DNA of 48,471 nucleotides. Source: a virus. The notes under the pieces were generated by a model, which had not been told where the DNA came from, did no database searches, and saw only the letters and a program-made list of their open reading frames with translations. Below, piece by piece: positions 7,979 to 15,164 of the stretch. Made by a program: the position numbers and the translations under genes. Every line of letters starts with the position of its first letter. Positions within the stretch are counted from its first letter, which is position 1. Location: the IMG/VR virus record IMGVR_UViG_3300002460_000047, positions 1-48,471 of that record; one strand, given 5' to 3'.

Positions 7979-8379
7979 TAAATCCCCCTTGGCTTTAAAT
8001 CTTTATCAAAAAAGAAAGTCATAAATACGTCCTCTAAATTAGACACAATCTTTTCCTCTTCTTTAAAAGCCAGTGCAGCCTTAAGAGTTACCATATTAGT
8101 TAGAGAATAAAACTTTACGTGTAATAATTCATGAAATAATGACGCTACGGTATCTTCATAATCTTTTTGTAAATCATAATAAATCAAAATATCAGCGCAT
8201 TTATTATTTGTTAAGCTTATTGCACAACTAGTCTTATCGCTTAATTTATATTGTTTTAACTTCTTTGATTTAGAGTGCATTACATGAAAACAGATTGTAT
8301 AGGATTTTAAATCCAATAACCTAATAAAATCTTTGCTCCATAAATCTATCACTTTAGTTACTTTATTTTTAGGGTACAT
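7978..8379 (-). CDS. Hypothetical protein with HExxH motif (possible small metallopeptidase)
   Basis: LFHELLHVKF is the only recognisable feature. 1-nt overlap with the primase-helicase start. Confidence 0.3.
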   Translation of the reverse strand: MYPKNKVTKVIDLWSKDFIRLLDLKSYTICFHVMHSKSKKLKQYKLSDKTSCAISLTNNKCADILIYYDLQKDYEDTVASLFHELLHVKFYSLTNMVTLKAALAFKEEEKIVSNLEDVFMTFFFDKDLKPRGI

Positions 8380-8393
8380 TATTATTCTCTCAT

Positions 8394-8534
8394 TTATTCT
8401 AATAAGGATTCATCAAAACAATTCTCACATAGCTCTAAATCCTCGTCAAATTTGAATAATAGAAGAAATTCATCGGAAATGATTCCATCACATGCTTTGC
8501 ATCTTTGTAAAAAGATATATTCGTCTCTAATCAT
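8394..8534 (-). CDS. Zinc-ribbon mini-protein (46 aa)
   Basis: Hand translation gives MIRDEYIFLQRCKACDGIISDEFLLLFKFDEDLELCENCFDESLLE, with CxxC...CxxC. Its start overlaps the upstream micro-ORF stop (ATGATTAG). Confidence 0.4.
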   Translation of the reverse strand: MIRDEYIFLQRCKACDGIISDEFLLLFKFDEDLELCENCFDESLLE

Positions 8535-8604
8535 AAATACTCATTAATATCACTAATGACAATAACATAAGCCATATACCAAATGCTGTAATAATTATAC
8601 TCAT
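8527..8604 (-). CDS. Possible 25-aa transmembrane micro-protein
   Basis: MSIIITAFGIWLMLLSLVILMSIYD. ATGA overlap with the upstream gene stop. Confidence 0.3.
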   Translation of the reverse strand: MSIIITAFGIWLMLLSLVILMSIYD

Positions 8605-8885
8605 TTTATTTTACCCATTTCTGATATGCCTTTAAATAATTGCTGAAACTCTAAAGGATTGGGCCACACTGTTATATGTTGATCTACGGGGTTAGCCTCA
8701 CTGGTATTATATTCCAAATTCCAATGTTTATTAGATAAATAATTTACTATAAATTTCATTCGATTAATCGCAATCTCTTTAGTAAGTGCAATACCCCATA
8801 ACTCAAATGATATGGTATTATTTTCAAATGCTACTATTTGATAACCCTCATTCCATTTTTTCATGATCATTATCATAAATTTCAT
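8601..8885 (-). CDS. Hypothetical protein (94 aa)
   Basis: ORF in the early-gene chain. Confidence 0.6.
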   Translation of the reverse strand: MKFMIMIMKKWNEGYQIVAFENNTISFELWGIALTKEIAINRMKFIVNYLSNKHWNLEYNTSEANPVDQHITVWPNPLEFQQLFKGISEMGKIK

Positions 8886-8887
8886 AG

Positions 8888-9202
8888 TTAATTTAACTCC
8901 TCTTCCACCAATAGAGTTGTTATATTACCGTTCTCATATTCCTTTATTGCAAACTTAATTCGTTTTATTAATTCCCCATTTACAAGAATATCACACCTAT
9001 CGTAATTTCGTAAAGGGTTTAATTTAAAAAATTTTAAGTCACTTTGAATGGCTTCTTTTACTGTTTTTAATTGCTCTCCATATTCATTCATTAAAATGGA
9101 ATATGTTCTTTGCACACACTTTCCATCTTTATATAATCTATACAATATCTTAGACTCTTTATTGTAATTAGGTATGTTTCTTACCTTCAATTTATTACGC
9201 AT
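8888..9202 (-). CDS. Hypothetical protein (104 aa)
   Basis: ORF in the early-gene chain. Confidence 0.6.
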   Translation of the reverse strand: MRNKLKVRNIPNYNKESKILYRLYKDGKCVQRTYSILMNEYGEQLKTVKEAIQSDLKFFKLNPLRNYDRCDILVNGELIKRIKFAIKEYENGNITTLLVEEELN

Positions 9203-9217
9203 AAGAACCTCTTTTAA

Positions 9218-9592
9218 TTAGTAGTAATAATATAACTTATTGATTTTATCAAACAGCCAATCAGAAGCTTCAGGTTGCTCTATGGACGACATTAATTTAC
9301 CTAATATCTGTACTAAGCCCCCTCTATGATCGTTTAATGTAGCGAATCTATTAGCGTCTAACGCCATATAATAATCTTCCTTATAAATATCTACAATATT
9401 TTGCACTATTTGTTCATCATATAAAGCAAAACTTTCTCCAATATTATTCTGCTTACATGATGCTATCTCATTGTATTCTATACCTTTCTTCCATAAGAAT
9501 TTAGATAGTAATAACTGATTATTCCTATTCTCTTCTAAAGAATTACTATCTTTCCATATACTTATAATAAATACTGGAGAATAAATATTCAT
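9218..9592 (-). CDS. Hypothetical protein (124 aa)
   Basis: ORF in the early-gene chain. Confidence 0.6.
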   Translation of the reverse strand: MNIYSPVFIISIWKDSNSLEENRNNQLLLSKFLWKKGIEYNEIASCKQNNIGESFALYDEQIVQNIVDIYKEDYYMALDANRFATLNDHRGGLVQILGKLMSSIEQPEASDWLFDKINKLYYYY

Positions 9593-9599
9593 ATAACCT

Positions 9600-9944
9600 C
9601 TATATCATCATTAATAGATAACGAGCATATTCTTTCTGCTCGTCATTAAGATCGCTATAAGGCATTTCCCATATCACTTCTTCTTCTCTTGCCATACTCC
9701 AGTCTTTACAACCGTGATATTCTGGGTTCCTATCAAAGTCTTCTTCATATGCTTCTACTTGAGTTAAATAAACCTTATCTTCAATACTATCATTTATATA
9801 AAGACTATCTAAGTCAGAAGGGTTTCCGGCATCATGTACTAAACAATACTTCCCCTCTTCCCATTTAACTCTTTTAAATTTAACATGTGCTTTATGGAGA
9901 ATATTAGGATTATATTCACATTCATAACGATATTTATAGCACAT
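9600..9944 (-). CDS. Hypothetical acidic protein (114 aa)
   Basis: ORF with a 1-nt overlap to the upstream gene. Confidence 0.6.
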   Translation of the reverse strand: MCYKYRYECEYNPNILHKAHVKFKRVKWEEGKYCLVHDAGNPSDLDSLYINDSIEDKVYLTQVEAYEEDFDRNPEYHGCKDWSMAREEEVIWEMPYSDLNDEQKEYARYLLMMI

Positions 9945-10117
9945 TAAGAACCCTCCTCTGTAATTTTATTAACAATACCCTTCGTTAAATCAAACAATTG
10001 TTTACATTCATCACTGCAAAATTCAAACTCTCCTATGTAATCAATTGCCCACCACTCTTCTTCCCAAATAGGGTTGTATAACTGGCAAGGGCACGGTAGA
10101 ATTCTTTTAAAGGCCAT
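9944..10117 (-). CDS. Hypothetical Cys-containing protein (57 aa), first gene of the early arm
   Basis: The track start at 10126 is GTG. ATG at 10115..10117 lies 8 nt downstream of AGAGGAG. Confidence 0.55.
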   Translation of the reverse strand: MAFKRILPCPCQLYNPIWEEEWWAIDYIGEFEFCSDECKQLFDLTKGIVNKITEEGS

Positions 10118-10197
10118 TATCTTCACTCCTCTTTAATTCTTGCCTACTTTGAGAGCCTAGGTAGGCACTAGGTATAGAGGATACTCTCATACCATTA

Positions 10198-10225
10198 ATA
10201 ATACCATACCTATTAAAAAATACAA
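10198..10225 (-). promoter_or_regulatory. Candidate early leftward sigma70-type promoter
   Basis: On the minus strand, TTGTAT - 16 nt - TATTAT, about 80 nt upstream of the first early gene. It overlaps the 13-mer direct repeats. Confidence 0.3.
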
Positions 10226-10243
10226 GCCCTCTATTAAAAAATA
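10210..10243. repeat. Two copies of CTATTAAAAAATA spaced 21 bp apart
   Basis: Exact 13-mers at 10210..10222 and 10231..10243, two helical turns apart, overlapping the candidate early promoter. Confidence 0.8.
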
Positions 10244-10308
10244 TCTTTTAAGGCTATTTTAAGGTAGAGTAAAAATTATCAGTGTCTAAAATATATTTAT
10301 TTACCCCA

Positions 10309-10337
10309 TTGACAAATAAAGGATTATGGTATATAGT
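10309..10337 (+). promoter_or_regulatory. Rightward sigma70-type promoter
   Basis: TTGACA (10309..10314) - 17 nt - TATAGT (10332..10337). Confidence 0.55.
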
Positions 10338-10343
10338 TAAGTA

Positions 10344-10800
10344 TTCAGGAGCAATATACGTATAAGGCTTTACTATGGGGTATGATTGTTCACTACCTTA
10401 CATAGCATTAGATAAGACAGTCTAATGATGCAAAAGACGAAGCCTAAGGATTACGAAACAGCCTAAAATGCATACTGGGGTTAAGAGCCCTGTCATCAAG
10501 GAAAGAGAAGATGGTTAACTGTCCATCACCTATAAAGCAAGGGTAGGTAAATACAGTGGCTGATAATATTATACGTAAGATAGGATATGAAATAATCAGG
10601 AGGATAGATCACATAGTAGTAATACTGTGTCCAGGTACTAAGGGAGAAGGGAGATAGACGATAAGGTTCTTGATTCTAACTTATTGTCTACCAGATATAA
10701 CTAGCTCTAAAGCATATAAAGCTGTACATTAGTAACAAGATAAGCTATATTATATGTATCCAGGAGCAAGGTATGTCTTTAGACGTAGTATGAAAAAGAG
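10344..10800 (+). ncRNA. Candidate structured non-coding transcript / long leader (about 460 nt)
   Basis: Lies downstream of the 10309 promoter. No ORF longer than about 16 codons has an RBS. Stems: 10406..10427 (7 bp), 10611..10630 (8 bp with G-U) and 10655..10690 (11 bp with one G-U that pairs only on the plus-strand RNA). Confidence 0.3.
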
Positions 10801-10811
10801 GAGATAGGACC

Positions 10812-10925
10812 ATGTTAAGTATATGTAAAATATGTAGAGATGAGATCTATTATACTCAAAGTTATGAAAGAGTATCTGATGGTTATGCTCATGTAGGATG
10901 TTTAAATGATTTATACGAAGATTAA
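10812..10925 (+). CDS. Cys-rich mini-protein (37 aa)
   Basis: Hand translation gives MLSICKICRDEIYYTQSYERVSDGYAHVGCLNDLYED. Preceded by AAGAGGAGATAGG. Confidence 0.45.
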   Translation: MLSICKICRDEIYYTQSYERVSDGYAHVGCLNDLYED

Positions 10926-10966
10926 AGAGTTGTGTAGCTTATATCCTAGTGGGGTAGTATTTATCT

Positions 10967-11152
10967 ATGCCTATATATGATTTTCAGTGCCCTGCGTGTG
11001 GTATTGTACAAGAAGTCTTACAAAAGAACTTTAAATCAGAGATACAACTCTGTGAATGTGGCGCTGAAATGGAAAAGATTACAGGGAGAACTAGCTTATT
11101 ACTTAAGTTTAAAGGTAAGGGTTTCTATGTTAATGATTATAAGAGGAAATAG
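10967..11152 (+). CDS. FmdB-family zinc-ribbon putative regulatory protein
   Basis: MPIYDFQCPACG...CECGAEMEKI matches the FmdB / CxxC_CxxC_SSSS pattern (MPxYxYxCxxCG). Confidence 0.6.
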   Translation: MPIYDFQCPACGIVQEVLQKNFKSEIQLCECGAEMEKITGRTSLLLKFKGKGFYVNDYKRK

Positions 11153-11155
11153 TAT

Positions 11156-11248
11156 ATGTTAATGACATTAGGTTTGGTTCTTCTTACGTTTGTTGCTTAT
11201 TGTGTCGTAGCTGCGGTACTCATTTGTTGCCTTATATTAAAGAAATAG
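11156..11248 (+). CDS. Possible 30-aa transmembrane micro-protein
   Basis: MLMTLGLVLLTFVAYCVVAAVLICCLILKK, with AGAGGAAA upstream. Confidence 0.35.
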   Translation: MLMTLGLVLLTFVAYCVVAAVLICCLILKK

Positions 11249-11260
11249 AGGAATACTATT

Positions 11261-11338
11261 ATGATAACCGTTATGTGCTTAGTTTATGTATATATTGTAG
11301 TTTTATTTATTTTAGGTTATCTTATCTTTAAAGAGTGA
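11261..11338 (+). CDS. Possible 25-aa transmembrane micro-protein
   Basis: MITVMCLVYVYIVVLFILGYLIFKE, with GAGGAA upstream. Confidence 0.3.
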   Translation: MITVMCLVYVYIVVLFILGYLIFKE

Positions 11339-11626
11339 TTATTTCTGTTTTACTACAACCTCTAGATTAAGATTGTGCATATCTTTGATAAACTTCTTAT
11401 GATTACATATCTTAATATTTTTGTTTGTTACCTCTTCATGGATTACACAGTATCCGTAGTGATCTTGTAACCAACGTTTCACAATAGCCTTAGCTTGATC
11501 AGAAGATTCTAAACTACCTTCAACATGGTCGTATATTGTGATAAATACGTTATGTTCTTGATGATCTTTTTTAAGCTTAACTATTTGTAATGTAGGTATA
11601 AACCTATAATATTTGATAGTAGTCAT
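11339..11626 (-). CDS. Hypothetical protein (95 aa) with its own promoter
   Basis: ORF with AAGAGGAG upstream. It sits isolated in the control region, converging on the plus-strand mini-genes. Confidence 0.6.
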   Translation of the reverse strand: MTTIKYYRFIPTLQIVKLKKDHQEHNVFITIYDHVEGSLESSDQAKAIVKRWLQDHYGYCVIHEEVTNKNIKICNHKKFIKDMHNLNLEVVVKQK

Positions 11627-11651
11627 GATTAATACTCCTCTTTATACCTTC

Positions 11652-11679
11652 AGTATATACCTCTTATAAAAAATGTCAA
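11652..11679 (-). promoter_or_regulatory. Leftward sigma70-type promoter for 11339..11626
   Basis: On the minus strand, TTGACA (complement of 11674..11679) - 16 nt - TATACT (complement of 11652..11657). Confidence 0.5.
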
Positions 11680-11930
11680 TACCGTGTGTATTTTATCCTT
11701 TGTGTCGGATAAACATAGACTTATCCGTTATAGGGGATTGTCAACCTTATTCTATACATTGTCAACTAAATAAGTATACAATATTACTAATATTATTTAG
11801 TAATCAAGTACACATAATGGTCAATAGTTCATTCAATACGTGAACTACTGCTCAAAGTAAGTACTATCCGTTAATACCCTAATTATAGGGTTTATTGACA
11901 CACAGAAGGATATTGTGAGTGCCAATAGTG

Positions 11931-12108
11931 GTTATAACATATATAACAAAGCGGATGATATAGTATTACATATTCTATGTCGTGCCACTAATAAGATATG
12001 TATCCCCGGCACAACAGTACATACACATATATAATCATAGTATATACAATAGGTTATAACTATATGATTAATAGTGCATATGTCTACCAACTATCAATGA
12101 GTTATAAC
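11931..12108. repeat. Three copies of the palindrome GTTATAAC
   Basis: Copies at 11931..11938, 12053..12060 and 12101..12108, each followed by A/T-ATA. They flank a very AT-rich tract (12020..12050). Confidence 0.8.
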
Positions 12109-12191
12109 TATGCCCTTTAATGCTCCATTATCGCCCCTTTAGCCAGCGTAATGATGACCTAGTAGGTGACTACTAGTGCTACTAAGATCGT

Positions 12192-12221
12192 TTGACAGAG
12201 GTGATTTATTCTGCCTAGAAT
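12192..12221 (+). promoter_or_regulatory. Rightward sigma70-type promoter
   Basis: TTGACA (12192..12197) - 18 nt - TAGAAT (12216..12221). Confidence 0.45.
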
Positions 12222-12234
12222 AAGGTATTTTTAA

Positions 12235-12265
12235 CACCCCCTAGACCCCCCATAGGGGTGGGGTT
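12235..12265 (+). other. Conspicuous C-run/G-run interrupted hairpin
   Basis: caCCCCCtagaCCCCCCataGGGGtGGGG. The two C runs can pair with the two G runs. It starts about 10 nt after the predicted start site of the 12192 promoter. Confidence 0.5.
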
Positions 12266-12466
12266 GATTTGTAGTGGTATAGGTGGTCAGCTCTATACGA
12301 GGTCAAATTTTCAAGTAATCTTAAGGTTTTCTTAAGAAGAGTTTGTAATACTTGTAATCGACACATATGTCCATATTTGACATTACGAAGAGTGGGAACT
12401 AAAGGTAGTTATTGCTCGTAACTGTCAAAAAATGACAGTAAATAGAAAATATATTTAGATTACCTG

Positions 12467-12495
12467 TTGACAATATTCATTTTATCTGCTACACT
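12467..12495 (+). promoter_or_regulatory. Rightward sigma70-type promoter (candidate late-operon promoter)
   Basis: TTGACA (12467..12472) - 17 nt - TACACT (12490..12495). It is preceded by the hairpin 12422..12438. Confidence 0.55.
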
Positions 12496-12499
12496 TACT

Positions 12500-12960
12500 A
12501 CAAGTGGTGAAATATTGTACTAAAATTACTTAATAAATTTCATCATGAAGCCTCCGGTTGTGGGATAAGTCAACTATGACGCTAGGAAACGAGACTAGTG
12601 ACTCGGGAGAACAGAACCTACGGGCGTGAAGAACGCATTAGTCCCTATAAAGAGGGATATTTATAAGGGCAGATAAACGCTGCCCACTTTTAACTTAGTG
12701 GCTACCTTTATGGTAGCCATATGTATTATCTGGGGGAGATGCTTAGGGCAAGCCTAAAATTTCCTCTAATTGAGGATAACCACGAACCCACTGGTATTAG
12801 GCACGAGTTACGCTGTACTAGGTTCAGTCAGCAATCCTTCCTTAACAAAGAAGGATAGAATTACTCTATAAGTCCTGTCCTCAAGAATAATAACGTTCGC
12901 TATTCGCGAACCAAAGATAACACTAAGTGTCACTTTATGTAACTAAATGGGTAAAATAAT
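12500..12960 (+). ncRNA. Candidate structured leader / ncRNA upstream of the late operon (about 460 nt)
   Basis: No RBS-preceded ORF. Perfect stems at 12667..12685, 12699..12719 (8 bp), 12834..12856 (7 bp) and 12895..12911 (6 bp). G/C content is visibly higher than in flanking genes. Confidence 0.3.
12667..12691 (+). terminator. Terminator-like hairpin inside the late leader
   Basis: GGGCAG-ataaacg-CTGCCC followed by acTTTT. It lies between the 12467 promoter and the first late gene. Confidence 0.35.
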
Positions 12961-12969
12961 AAGAATAAT

Positions 12970-13374
12970 ATGCTCCCAATCTTAGAAACTGCATTAGGAT
13001 CTCTTTTTAAAGGAATAGTCGACAAATTCTTCCCTGATAAATCAGAATCGGAAAAACGCCGAATTGCTGCTGAAATGGCACGCGAAGCACAGCAATTTGA
13101 GCTTTTAAAAGGGCAGTTAGACATAAATAAGGTAGAGGCCGCTAATCCAGATAAATTTATATCTGGCTGGCGCCCCTTTTTAGGTTGGGTGTGTGGATTT
13201 GGTTTAGCATGGGCATGGGTTATTATGCCCATTTTTAATTGGTTAATAGTCATATTAGGATTTCCGGCACCAGAGTTGCCAAAATTTAATACCGAAGAGT
13301 TAATTGCTATGTGTGTCAGCTTATTAGGGTTAGCAGGCTACCGCACGGTTGAAAAAATAAAAAGAAGAGATTAA
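12970..13374 (+). CDS. Holin, 3-TM gene-transfer-agent type (PF11351-like)
   Basis: The N-terminal amphipathic region, INKVEAAN...FISGWRPFLGWVCGFGLAWAWVIMP and the hydrophobic segments match the remembered family pattern (N..EA...F.aGWRP..GW). Confidence 0.5.
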   Translation: MLPILETALGSLFKGIVDKFFPDKSESEKRRIAAEMAREAQQFELLKGQLDINKVEAANPDKFISGWRPFLGWVCGFGLAWAWVIMPIFNWLIVILGFPAPELPKFNTEELIAMCVSLLGLAGYRTVEKIKRRD

Positions 13375-13378
13375 AGCA

Positions 13379-13813
13379 ATGTTAAAATATAAAGAAGAAT
13401 TTCCAGAGCAATTGCTAAAACTTATGCAAGAAGGTAAGAGTTTAACTCAAGTAGCCGCAGAATTTAAAATTAATAAAAATACGATTACCGAATGGTCTCA
13501 TACTCACCCTGAATTTAAAGCAGCTAAGGAATTAGGTATACTTTTAGCAGAAGCTTATTGGGAAGACGTGGGTCAAAAAGGTCTTAAAGGTATTTTAAAT
13601 AAGTTTAACCCGATGGCATGGTCGTATTACATGAAATGTCGATTTAAAGAAGATTGGGTTGAAGCTAATAATCAGAAGATTGAACTTATAGACGGTGTTA
13701 AAAAGCTCTCTAAAGAAGAGTTAGATAAGAAAATTGACGATGCATTAAAGGTTATTATCGCAGCTAAGAAGAAAACCTATTCTTCTGGCTCTGGCGGAAC
13801 ATTTTTAGAATGA
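13379..13813 (+). CDS. terS: Terminase small subunit
   Basis: N-terminal HTH (GKSLTQVAAEFKINKNTITEWS). Positioned immediately upstream of TerL. Confidence 0.65.
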   Translation: MLKYKEEFPEQLLKLMQEGKSLTQVAAEFKINKNTITEWSHTHPEFKAAKELGILLAEAYWEDVGQKGLKGILNKFNPMAWSYYMKCRFKEDWVEANNQKIELIDGVKKLSKEELDKKIDDALKVIIAAKKKTYSSGSGGTFLE

Positions 13814-14052
13814 ATTTCGATTCTTTAGCAGTCAGATATTATTATTGTGAACATTGCAAAGATATCAATGAATATATTGTTGATACGGGCATAATTAAGA
13901 GATTAGAATATCATCATAAACGATTATTCATCTTTCCTTGCACTAAATGTGGCGATCCTAGAACTTTAATGATGTCTACTGAAAAAGACTTTATTAAAGA
14001 ATACTTAAAAAGAGACCCTAGAAGCACAGTTAAAGGGTTAAAAAATGAATGA
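13810..14052 (+). CDS. Zinc-ribbon protein (80 aa)
   Basis: CEHC...CTKC. 4-nt overlap upstream and 8-nt overlap downstream. Confidence 0.55.
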   Translation: MNFDSLAVRYYYCEHCKDINEYIVDTGIIKRLEYHHKRLFIFPCTKCGDPRTLMMSTEKDFIKEYLKRDPRSTVKGLKNE

Positions 14053-14794
14053 TCTTCAAGATTTAAGTAGAAGCGATAAAGAAGAATTACTACTTGTATT
14101 AGAAGAAAACAATAGAAGGGAAAGAGAAAATAAGATCTTTAGTTATTACCCCGAGACTGGTAAATTAAGTAGGGATGCATATAAAAAACACATGATGTTT
14201 TTTAAAGCAGGTAAGCATTATAAAGAAAGAGCGTTAATAGCTGCAAATAGATCTGGTAAATCTTTAGCTGCATCCTTTGAGATGGCGTTACATTTGACTG
14301 GTTTATACGATAAGTTTCCGTGGTGGGAAGGTAAAAGATTTGATGAGCCTATCCAAGCGTGGTCGGTAGGAACAACTCATGAGACTACTAGGGATATTTT
14401 ACAAAGATATCTTTTAGGCCCAAGACATGATTTAGGTACAGGAATGATACCTAAAGATTGTATTATTAGAGTAACGTCTCAGCCAGGTACACAAGATGCT
14501 ATTCATGATGTTTATGTAAAACATGCTTCTGGAGGAACAAGTCAACTTTCCTTTAAAGCTTATATTCAAGAAGTAGAAGCATTTATGGGAACTTCTATGC
14601 ATGTTATTCATTTAGATGAAGAGCCCCATAGAACACAGATTTATTCAGAGTGTTTAACAAGAACTATGACTACCAATGGAATAATTATGTGTACATTTAC
14701 TCCTGTGCAAGGTTTATCAGACGTAGTATTGAGTTTTTTACCTGGTGGACAATTCCCCCCTGATGGTCACGGAGAGGTTAGAGTTTATGAGTAA
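14045..14794 (+). CDS. terL: Terminase large subunit, ATPase fragment (249 aa)
   Basis: Walker A ANRSGKS, Walker B VIHLDEEP and coupling motif CTFTPVQG. The ORF stops right at the ATPase/nuclease domain boundary. Confidence 0.85.
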   Translation: MNDLQDLSRSDKEELLLVLEENNRRERENKIFSYYPETGKLSRDAYKKHMMFFKAGKHYKERALIAANRSGKSLAASFEMALHLTGLYDKFPWWEGKRFDEPIQAWSVGTTHETTRDILQRYLLGPRHDLGTGMIPKDCIIRVTSQPGTQDAIHDVYVKHASGGTSQLSFKAYIQEVEAFMGTSMHVIHLDEEPHRTQIYSECLTRTMTTNGIIMCTFTPVQGLSDVVLSFLPGGQFPPDGHGEVRVYE

Positions 14795-15152
14795 TTTTTT
14801 TATTAAAAAAGAAGGTGAACCTATACAATCTTTAGTACAGATTCTTACTAAAAAAGCTCAAGAGGAATTTAATGTTTATTGTAATTTAAATGACATTTAT
14901 ATTAATCCAGAAATAGAAAATAATAGTTCTGCAGTCACTATAAATAAAATTAACTATCCAAATATAACTTATGCTGTAGGTGTTATGCACCCTATGGATG
15001 TAGAAACTGCAGTTAAAGCGTTAATTAAAGATTCATTACAAGATAAAAAACAAATTAGTATTAGAAAACCCATATCAGTAACTCAAGATGGTGATATATT
15101 AGGTAAATATACAATATATTGTCGTTTCGCAGACATATCGAGTCTTAGGTAA
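14787..15152 (+). CDS. Hypothetical protein (121 aa) inserted between the two terminase fragments
   Basis: The ATG overlaps the TerL-N stop (ATGAGTAA). It is very AT-rich and has no nuclease motif I recognise. Confidence 0.5.
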   Translation: MSNFFIKKEGEPIQSLVQILTKKAQEEFNVYCNLNDIYINPEIENNSSAVTINKINYPNITYAVGVMHPMDVETAVKALIKDSLQDKKQISIRKPISVTQDGDILGKYTIYCRFADISSLR

Positions 15153-15164
15153 AGGAGTTTTCAA

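Noticed and set aside
12721-12858. A 45-codon ORF (MYYLGEMLRASLKFPLIEDNHEPTGIRHELRCTRFSQQSFLNKEG) in the late leader.
   Set aside because: It has no Shine-Dalgarno sequence and starts inside the 3' arm of a stable hairpin. The region is better explained by RNA structure. It cannot be excluded without ribosome profiling.
10127-12969. tRNA, tmRNA or a CRISPR array in the non-coding control region.
   Set aside because: I found no cloverleaf with a T-arm GTTCGAATC-like box or CCA-proximal acceptor pairing. There is no regularly spaced repeat-spacer pattern. The repeats present are few and irregular.
14745-14786. The longer 135-aa version of the terminase-insert ORF starting at 14745, and the 25118 start for the gene after the tail fibre.
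   Set aside because: The extensions overlap the upstream genes extensively. Internal ATGs at 14787 and 25187 give the ATGAGTAA and TAATG coupling seen throughout the genome.
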